Source: Pecten maximus
Lineage: Eukaryota
DNA: 64,000 nt
Direction: 5' to 3'
NCBI RefSeq assembly: GCF_902652985.1
Contig: NC_047015.1
Span: forward strand, 40,672,001 to 40,736,000
Below are positions 54,016 through 64,000 of this stretch, in pieces; within the stretch, counting starts at the first letter, position 1, and each line of letters begins with the position of its first letter. Position numbers and translations under genes: made by a program. The notes beneath the pieces were generated by a model. That model was given only the letters and a program-made list of their open reading frames with translations, was not told the DNA's origin and did not search any database.

Positions 54016-54967
54016 AGTAAAGATATGAAAACAAACTTTAAGACATGGAAAGACGAAATACCAAACTTTAAGGAAAGGAAAAACACCAAAACTAACTCTG
54101 AGGAAAGGAAAGACACAAAAGCAAACTATTAGGAAAAGTTGACTTCGGGCTATGTATTGACGTTTCCGTCTTTTGACGTCAACTAAATAATGATAATGTA
54201 TATCTGAACTGATTCAGATGAAATGGTTCAGATGTTTCCAAGTTCTGACACAAGTCTTTAAATACAAAATATTCTGCAATGGGAAGTCATGTCAAGCTAC
54301 TTATGTCGAAACAACACACTTTCTACCTGGTTCAAATACAAATGTATATTAAATATATCAAATGAGTTTCAAGATAGCTAGATACAAATCCAGTCTTGAT
54401 AGGAAGCTTTATTTTTTACCAACTGTATTACGGCCGTGCCTTTTATGCGTACTAACAGATGTTTCACCAAATAATTAGCCAATGATCCTCGTAAAACACC
54501 AGTTAAGCGCCTGTGGCGAAAGACTCCCTCTCTAATTGTACACAGGTCATATGGGATCAGTTTGCCGAGCTTTAATTGACGATATCTCTCATACAGTGTT
54601 CCACGCCGACGCTATATGACCGTTTTGGCCTTCAATATGTTCAAAACATGTGTTTATTTAATTCTAAACATTCTCACAAGACAATGAGCGATTGGTATTT
54701 GATTCAAGACGAGTTGGTCAATAGGTGCAAGTTATTCCAATAATGTTAATGAAGACCTTCTTATATTCAGTGTGTTTATCACGAGTTTAATTGTGTGTAC
54801 GTCCGCAAACGTCAGTTGTCGCTGCCGCTAACATGCACGAGAAATGCATGAGTTATTATTCCAAAGCATGGTTAGTTTCAAACTGATTTTATTAAAAACA
54901 CAAAACCAAATACCAATCGTATAATAAGCTTCAAATCTGTACGTATGATGACCTCAGATGAGTTCAG

Positions 54968-55012
54968 GTCCTTATCGTCACTGACAAGTCCCAGAAGGAC
55001 AACACAGCTGTG
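54968..55012 (+). ncRNA. Degenerate solo hammerhead-family unit
   Basis: GTCCTTATCGTCACTGACAAGTCCCAGAAGGACAACACAGCTGTG aligns ungapped to the array consensus at 37 of 45 positions, including the linker. The core is mutated (CTGACAA; GAAA lost). Confidence 0.6.
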
Positions 55013-56187
55013 TTTTATTCTTCATTACTTTACTGTATCTTATTCTCGATTGGTTTTAAAGGTCCTAATATCTTGTGTCTTTTATACAATTATTTGATAA
55101 TTAGAAATGGAGCGTGCTATATAATCGCCCTATCAATGCTGTAGATAGGTAATATTACTGTAAACGAAGACTGTTTTCTCGTGTCGGTTAACTATCCTGT
55201 CAGACGTGCTACATTTGTATCTTTAAAGACGCAGAGTTGACAAGGCTTTCACGTACACCGAGATGTGATGCCAAATAACCCAATACCTGGTAACAACGCC
55301 AGTGCGAACAGCTGAGGGCTATGGAATTAATTTCTCGCATGATTTCTTGTAAACATGTTCAATTCCCCATCAGTGTAGTCTTATGCCAAGTTAAAAACAT
55401 TTAACGCCAAAACTTCGTTTTATAAAGAAACAACCGGTTCTTATTAGCCACGTTTGAACTTAATTAAAAAGCTAATATTCGAATTCGTGCTTCCATGTCT
55501 TTTTGTTGAAACGCGTTCGTGTGGACAGATAATAATCAGCTTAGACTTTAGGGGTGTTGCTTGAAGTCAAATTCAACGGACTGTCCGATAAGCATGGTGT
55601 GCACTACAGTCAAATTCATTCTGCAGCCAAAATCTCTGAACAGGCGATAATTCTGATCTGGAGCTTTATATATACAGACTTCCTAGCATATTACATTTGA
55701 CTTGGCAAGTGTGTCGATAAAACAGTAGACAAATACTCTTTCGAAACACCTGGTCTTATTATCGACTATTTTTCATTGTTCATATTCTTTCCGATATTTT
55801 ATGCAGTTTGAGATATAATTGTGATTTGATGTGCACGTTGGTATTCTCTTTTGATAGTTTCCTGTGTTGTTTAGCACAATACACTGACACCTGTTCTTGG
55901 GTGAGTAAAGGGGATACATACCAACCCTATAGTGACACCGATCCGAAGGAGGTGAAGGTAACGTTCGTGTTTAACTACACACTGGGAAGCAACCCTTAAA
56001 TAAGGTTTCATTTCAACAGAATAAAAAAAGGTTGAATGAAATAATATTAATCGACATTTCATAAACATAAAGGAGTCTTGTTATTAAGGACTCTTAAATG
56101 GAAAAGTAGGTAAACTATCCCTTTTCTGAAACCCTCAAGGCAATACGATTATTTTTAATAATTACAAAGATATATCTTTTTATTTTG

Positions 56188-56268
56188 GTCAATGGTTTGT
56201 TTTCAGTGTAATAAGTCCAATGGTTTGTTTTCAGTGTAATAAGTCCAATGGTTTGTTTTCAGTGTAAC
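56188..56268. repeat. 28-bp tandem repeat (~3 copies)
   Basis: AATGGTTTGTTTTCAGTGTAA at 56191, 56219 and 56247. Confidence 0.9.
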
Positions 56269-59200
56269 AAAAAGTCAACTATCGTTAAACACCAGGACAA
56301 TATACACCACAGCGTCAAAAGACTCTATGTGTTTCCTAGTTTAACAGTGATTTCATGTAAACAAATGCTATCCACCCCACCATTTGATATTGTATTCACT
56401 CGTTATTACATAACGATATGCTTGACCAGGTATAATCAGGCTAATTTAACAAAGATGACTAGTCCATGACGTCATTTCCTGTGTTCGAATGGAACTAGTG
56501 GAAGCACGTGGTACGAGGGTATGTAACCTCTCATACAACAGCGCAAGCGTTTTATATAAATCGTTTTGTTTTGTTAATAATATCACATGATATTACCGGC
56601 ATTGCCTTCCTGCCGCCTCATGATGCAAACTGCTTGCGTTAGTAGAAAGTTCCTCAATTCGTCGATGACTAACAGCGCCACTTGACATTCAGCCAGTGTT
56701 TATATAGTTTTGTGTAATTATCTGTCGGGCGTTTATTCTATCATAACCCCGGACATTACAATCTGTAGTCTTTGGTTTAGAGACATTATGCCGAATTGAT
56801 CAAAGAAAAGTGGGAGACGTAAGAAAGTGTCCCGGGTTTTGATGGGTCTACTATACGACTCTCAGAGAACTACGTGGCAACCAAGTACAATGGACGATGT
56901 CTCTTGCGCATAATTCTACAAGACCAAACCTCATACATTGGCATTTGTTAAGAATTTCTCGTCAAAATGCGCGGTAAATTAGGTCTGTGTCATTAACTTA
57001 CTATGATAAAACAGACGTTATATGATAAACATGTGAGAGAATTACCATAACAACCTGTTGTGGAACTGTTATAACATTGTTACATTGTGTCTAATGACTT
57101 ACTCACAATGTCCACGTCGATCCACTTTCGTTCTCTGTTCGTTGGTTGTGGACTCGACTTGTTAAAAGTTTTCTTTATTTGTTCTGTTTTCAAAAGTGAT
57201 TTATTTCACCATTCTTACAGATTCTAGTAAATGTACTTTCTTCGCCTGGATTCCAGACTAGTTTCTGTATAGTTACGATTTGGTCCTGTTACGGGAGAAA
57301 GAAAACTAATTTAAAGATTGAACTTAATTTCAGTTTGATGTTTCCATGTTAAGTAATCAAATACATGATTTAATCGAACTATTTTGAAGTACGCCTTATG
57401 CCATATATTGACCACCATGTATAAGGTTTAAGAAAGAAACGGTAAATCCGGTTAAAAACCCGAGAGCTTTGGTTATGATGGCTTCCCTACATAATTTTCT
57501 CCTTGGATGAGTCGTATCTTTGTGATGTGAATGTGCGCGCTTGATAGCATGGCCACATCAGAAACATAAGAGTACCATCTCTGGTCGAAGTGGATTGGGA
57601 TTTTAAACTCAACCTATTATATTGATGTCCTTTGATTTGTAAAATAATACTTTTGTGATATTGATGCAACCACCGTATGGCTTCGGTATGATTCGGAGAT
57701 TAATTGGGATTTATCTAAGTTCTGAATTCGCAGTTGTTTGCAAGACATTATTAATCTGAAGCATATGATTTGTTCATTGTTGAGCATGAATCATGTTAAA
57801 ATATACAACTTTCTTATTGCTCAATACTCCGTTCCCTGCATCAAATACTGGTGCATTAAGTTTAAAGGGGATAGCGACAGCCCCAGCAACCACCAGATAT
57901 ATGGAGATCTTTATTGTATTTGGTACACGCGCGAAGTACATATCGCCTTAGATGTTGAGCTTTTTATAAATTAGATATTCGGAAAATGATTAAGTTTACA
58001 AGCTGCGTTGAACTTGCGGAAATTTCATAAAAGGACACATACACCGAGAGGGAAGTACCGATATTATTTTATACAAGTTGATCATCAGCATGTTAGATGA
58101 GGCCAAGAGAGTTAGGGCCTACGTGTTCCGGATTCTAATAAGTATTCTCTGTCATGTGAACGCACCGGCGTTATTACAAACACAGCGGGATGCTCGAGTG
58201 ATTGACGAACCTTGGTCTAATTACATTACGTCATATTTGACCAGCTCGTAACCAGGGAAGGAAACGATTAGACGAAATTTGATATCATACACATCATTAC
58301 CGTTGTCATTAGATAGATAGTCGATTGGTCGTCGATTGTGTTCGGCAGCTGGTTCTGTGATGCAATCAACGATGAACAGCAAGCTACGCACCTTAATTGC
58401 TTATATAGTAAAATCAAAGAAATAATCATGGTAATATTGACCAAGGTCTGATGTATGACCAGTTACGCATATGTATAACGGAAATCATAACTTCAGAATC
58501 CAAACGGTGTAACATGGAAATGTTACCTCTATGGGAATTGTGACCAGAGGTACGATTTCACCTGAGGTCACATTTTCAGGTTTCACCGGTAACATACTGT
58601 GAATACAGTATTTCAGATTTTACTCAATTTACTGATTTTTGTGCTGAAAGCATTCCTCTTAATTATGATTACGTTAATTACACTTTCTTTACATGTTTGT
58701 TTTCTACAACAAGCACTTTGTGTGGGCTAATTTATCACAGCGCTCGAAGTGTTATCCGCTAATATTTTAATGCACAAAATCACCGCGTTACAGTTATACG
58801 TAAGAATGTCACAGCATGTTATAAAATACCTATTTGCTTTAACAAATTTTGTCTAAACGGTCGAATAACAATTTAGCTATATCGGGTACAATTCTCATAT
58901 GGCAACAAGAGAAACATTATATATATATACTTTTCTAATTAATAATAGAAAGCCTTCGGCGGACTAATTATCCACTGAAAGTTCATTAATACAAACAGTA
59001 ATCTACAATATTGTTCGTAGATATAATGTAACTGATTATGTATAATTTCGTTGAGTCCAGAAGCATACTACAAGTGTCATTGTCATGTTCTGTTGTCGCT
59101 GATAGTGTTTGTAAAATTCTTATATACATATACAAGTCATCAGTGGTTTTGGCAAACTAAAACCTGTTTTCATGGATCCCATTATTCGTCCATTAAGGTT

Positions 59201-60149
59201 ATGAATTAATGCTGCAGTCAAAGATAGTTAATATAAAGTGGACATAAAACGCGTGATTAAATATGATTTATAACTTTGAGAAATATTAATACAAACCAAT
59301 ATTATCTTACGGAACGTACATAACACAATTAATGCAGTCAGTAAGAAGATATGATATTTTGGCTAATGTATAACTCCCCATTAAATACCAACGTACTGTT
59401 TTAATTTTACATATAGGATTTCCCATTATAGTGAGCCGTAAAGGATATCGGTTTATTTTAAACATACTTTCCTCTCCGAAAGAGATAGCTGATACTGTCA
59501 GGAATTTCTTTCATCTAGTCCTGCCGCGTCAGAAGATCCCTTGTTAGCATAAATAGATCTAATTATACTGTTGACTTTGGCTCCTTAACTAATAATACTG
59601 TTTGTTGACAGCGGTCTTTAAACAAATCTCCAAATAACACCAAAGAGGATGTGTAAAATATATGTTGACTCAAGTAGTCAATTTATTTCAAACCATGAGA
59701 AAACTCAACAAATTAATGATATTCATATATGTTGACTCTTACCGTATTTCCTCTAGTAAAATAATTGACGTTGTGGCAGTAAAGCTCAAATACCACGATA
59801 AGTCACGCCATTTCTTCAAGTGAAAGAAAATGAAAGTACATGCATCGGCAAAACAAGTTAACTGTCATTGAATAGTTTACAGTATCTTTAATAGAATAGG
59901 GAAGACCTTTATATTGTTTACAGTATGTGTCAATACTTGGAAAGATTGATATATATATATGACTTACAGCCACTGTCTTATCGCGGGAATATTTTTTGTA
60001 TAGTTTACGGTATAATCACAGCGTTAGATTGTTTATATATTGTTAACGGTAACTGTCATACCTAATGGGGGTATTTTACATGTAGCTTGTTTATTATATG
60101 TAAATGTATCACAGGATGAGATATTGTTACAATATAGCTTATGATACAC

Positions 60150-60690
60150 CGAGAGGTTTTGTGTTATTTACGTTATCACGGCGTGGGAAGGTGTTTGTGT
60201 AGTTTACGGTATCACGGCGTGGGAAGGTTTTTGTGTAGTTTACGGTATCACGGCGTGGGAAGTTTTTGTGTAGTTTACGGTATTACAGCGTGGGAAGATT
60301 TTTGTGCAGTTTACGGTATCACGGCGTGGGACGATGTTTGTGTAGTTTACGGTATTACAGCGTGGGACGATTTTTGTGTAGTTAACGGTATTACAGCGTG
60401 GGAAGATTTTTGTGTAGTTTACGGTATCACAGCGTGGGAAGTTTTTGTGTAGTTTACGGTATTACAGCGTGGGAAGTTTTTTGTGCAGTTTACGGTATCA
60501 CGGCGTGGGAAGGTGTTTGTGTAGTTTACGGTATTACAGCGTGGGAAGGTTTTTGTGTAGTTTACAGTATAACGACGTGGGAAGGTTTTTGTGTTATTTA
60601 CGGTATTAAAGTGTAGGATGTTTTAAGTGTTGTTTACGGTATTACAGTGTGGGAAGGTTTTTGTGCTGTTTACGGTATTAAAGCCTGTGA
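60150..60690. repeat. 36-bp minisatellite
   Basis: Unit GTAGTTTACGGTATCACGGCGTGGGAAGGTTTTTGT. Confidence 0.95.
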
Positions 60691-62049
60691 AGGATGAAGT
60701 AATAAAAAGAAAAAAGATTGTGATCAATGACGTCAGCGATCAGTTTAATCAAAATGTTTGTTGATTCTGTAAAATTTCGTGTGTCACGTATCCCACTTCC
60801 ATCAAATTATTGTCCTATACAATGAGCCGCGACACGGAGGGATTACACTTCTGATTACGCTCCCAGTTTATGAAGTCTATATGTACTACGTCACCTCAAA
60901 TCAATAAATTTAAACTTCTGTTCTGTTTGCTTGCTTTTTAATCAACTGTACCGATATCTAATTGTGTAACAGATTGTTAAAGAACACATAGATGACAATT
61001 GAGAGTTACACATATATATATCTGTATATACAACGAATTCATGGCTTCCGTCTTTACACTCAAACGTTAGACTTTCAAAACAATTACTTTTCATATATGA
61101 ACCAATATTTATACCAGGACTTTTTAAAACAATATCCTATCGTTACAACTCTGTTATACCAATGTTGCTTTAAGTTGATTTCGACATCATTATGAAGAAT
61201 ATTTGTTGGTTCTAGAGGTTTTGAGATAGTAATCGTTGAATCGCTTCAATGACATTGTACTGGCTTTGGACCTATTTATGAACCTACAGCTAGGGATAAA
61301 ATATCATTGCCAGGTCTTTTTCATTTGGCATTTGTCTTCTATAAGTCAAATTGTGAGAGGATATTAATTGTCATGAAAAAAATTGTGACTTTGCTTTTAT
61401 AAGACGTACTTATATGACCAGTGTTTATAAGGTATGAATACTGTTTTGGGGGAAAGTGTGTGAAATAGTATATCTTATCAAAGAATGTATGGGTTTCTAA
61501 GTAAGTGTGTGTATAGTAAACAAGTATTCATTACACTCCTGATGAAAGAAACACAAAATTTAAAAAAAAAAAACTACAGTTAAATGGAAATGACATTGCA
61601 CATTATGATAAATTATCTGGTGTAATTCATTTTAAATATGCATGTCATGATATCCGCTTTCTTTCATGCACTTCTCTTAACTTAGAATAAAGTTGAAAAG
61701 GGAATCCTAACTATCCTTAATAAGGTCGTTTAATAAAAAAAATGTGTTCGTGACACAAGGAACTAATTGTCGAGTTTCAAGTTACGAAATTACCGGAACC
61801 ACTTTTTTCTTCCCTTTTTGAAAAATGTTGTAGCTTTAACGAATACACTGGCCTCCATGGCTAGATGGATCTACGGCATGATTTCCTGGACAGTTCAATT
61901 ATATATATATAGAGAGATAAATATATTATACACAGGGAATGAACTGAGATGAAAGCAAAATGAAAGATAGCAATAGAAATTCGGGAGATATCAACACAAA
62001 AAAGAAACATTGCCACAGTAACATAGGAGACGGCAAAAGAAAAGGGAAG

Positions 62050-62305
62050 ACAACAACGGGAACCGAGGAGACATTGACGGGTACTGTCAGAGGAGATATC
62101 AAACCAATAAGACAATACAGTGGGAACCGAGGAGACATTGGCGGGTACTGTCAGAGGAGATATCAAACCAATAAGACAACATAGTGGGAACCGAGGGTGG
62201 GAACCGAGGAGACGTTGACGGGTACTGTCAGAGGAGATATCAAACCAATAGGACAACAACGGGAACCGAGGAGACGTTGACGGGAACTTTCAGGGGACAT
62301 ATCAT
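62050..62305. repeat. ~64-bp tandem repeat
   Basis: GGGAACCGAGGAGAC.TTG.CGGGTACTGTCAGAGGAGATATCAAACCAATA, about 3.5 copies. Confidence 0.9.
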
Positions 62306-62309
62306 AACA

Positions 62310-63110
62310 AAAAGAAGACAGCACAACGAGAACTGTTGAGACATCAAAACTAAACAGAAGACAACACAACGAGAACTGTTGAGACATCAAAACTAAACAG
62401 AAGGCAACACAACGAGAACTGTTGAGACATCAAAACGAAACAGACGACATCACAATGAGAACTGATGAGACATCAAAACTAAACAGAAGACAACACAACA
62501 AGAACTGATGAGACATCAAAACTAAACAGAAGACAACACAGCAGAAACTGATGAGACATCAAGAACAGAATACAACATAATGAGAACTGATGAGACAGCA
62601 AAACTAAACAGAAGGCAACACAACGAGAATTGTTGAGACATCAAAACTAAGCAGACCGAAACACAACGAGAACTGATGAGACATCAAAACTAAACAAGAC
62701 AACAACACAACGAGAACTGATGAAACATCAAAACTAAACAGACCAAAACACAACGAGAACTGATGAGACATGAAAACAAACAAGACGACATCATAATGAG
62801 AACTGATGAGACATTAAGATAAAACAGACGACAACACAACGAGAACTGATGAGACATCAAAACTAAACAGACGACAACACAGCGAGAACTGATGAGACAT
62901 AAAAACGAACAAGATGACAACACAATGAGAATTTATGAGACATGAAAACAAAACAGACCAAAACACAACGAGAACTGATGAGAAATCAAAACAGAAGACA
63001 ACACAATGAGAACTGATGAGACATCAAAACTAAACAAAAGACAACACAACAAGAACTGATGAGACATCAAAACGAACGAAAACAAATGAAACTGAGGAAA
63101 CATCAAAACA
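62310..63110. repeat. ~43-bp minisatellite
   Basis: Unit AACGAGAACTGATGAGACATCAAAACTAAACAGAAGACAACAC, with shorter variants. Confidence 0.95.
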
Positions 63111-64000
63111 AAATGAAAACCAACCACTAAGGAGATATAAACAAAACAGGACAGCACAACGGAAATAGAATAATAAAACAAAATCAACAAGGAAATCGTG
63201 AACTCATAAACAAACCTGGCAACAGAGCAACCGAGGGGACAACAAAACGAACATCACTCCGACTTGGAGAACTTCATAATAAAAACTGTAGACAATAGAA
63301 AACAGCTGGAATTCCATAGCGTTCCGGATGGGTAAGCGTTTCTAAAAACCTTGCTTCTGTTATATCTTTATACCCGTTACATACAGTGTATACACAGCTG
63401 GTACAAATACCCATAAACAACTATTTCCGTCATATAAAAATAACGTGTTTTGTTTAACATCCTATCATTCTTACGTAAAGTTTATTTCATGCGAAACACT
63501 ACCCTGCAGTTCAAACAAAAACATAATAAACATTCCTCTACGCGTTGTTACGACAATGGGAAAATATATACCCCCTCAAAGTGAGCTGTATTAAGGTCTG
63601 GGAATACATTGGACGAAATTAGGCTTCAGTCACACCTGTTGTGAAATAGCTACTGTGCACGCCAATGAATCCGTCATAGTTAGCGTGTATACAGGCATAC
63701 AGCCATTGTCTCGGTTTAAATGAGATAGGTACTAATAGGGGTATGTTGACGCTGTATATTAGTTTTGTAAAACTTAACTGACTTATGACTTCAGTTGAAA
63801 ACAAAGATATGTACCCCCTGGAGAAAACAATTACCAAATATTAGTGTCTGCATATATGAACACAATAGCTTTGCCTTTACAAAAGAATATTGTGGTTTTG
63901 GAATAATGCAATTGACAATAACCATCTTTTTATATTACTGTAACGAAAGGGCTATGCTTCACCGTTTGAGGTCTATCCAAGTGGCTTTCTTTATATATAT

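Noticed and set aside
53439-54116. 225-aa Cys/Phe/Val-rich ORF
   Set aside because: Translation of a 30-bp minisatellite.
55807-55900. Possible plus-strand exon (TTTTATGCAG ... GG|GTGAGT)
   Set aside because: The splice-like signals could be chance; the peptide is not recognisable and I found no partner exons.
60141-60616. FCVVYGITAWE-repeat ORFs
   Set aside because: 36-bp minisatellite with frameshifting unit-length variants.
62400-63070. Repeated CTGATGAG in the 43-bp satellite as a hammerhead array
   Set aside because: No complementary stem II follows and GAAAC appears only sporadically; the full core cannot be folded.

Overview
AT-rich, repeat-dense animal genomic DNA. The V-/CORE-type tRNA SINEs, Helentron-like HINEs and MITEs suggest a bivalve mollusc (inference). 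The only protein-coding sequence I can confidently recognise is the terminal coding exon of a heparan sulfate glucosamine 3-O-sulfotransferase (HS3ST2/3/4/6-like) on the minus strand, 39431-40046. I did not find its 5' exon in the window. The rest is intergenic or intronic DNA with SINEs (one with a perfect 14-bp TSD), HINEs, MITEs and about 12 minisatellites. The most striking signal is a degenerate head-to-tail array of 49-bp units at 20644-21006. Its consensus, read on the minus strand, is almost entirely a hammerhead ribozyme (CAUCA-CUGACGA-GUCC UAGAA GGAC-GAAAC AGCU GUA-UGAUG) plus a 7-nt linker. Three dispersed solo copies lie at about 28941, 32491 and 54968. Two of these sit inside a locally duplicated ~755-bp segment, one copy of which is flanked by a 46-bp direct repeat. 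Almost all ORFs in the supplied track look spurious or repeat-derived.
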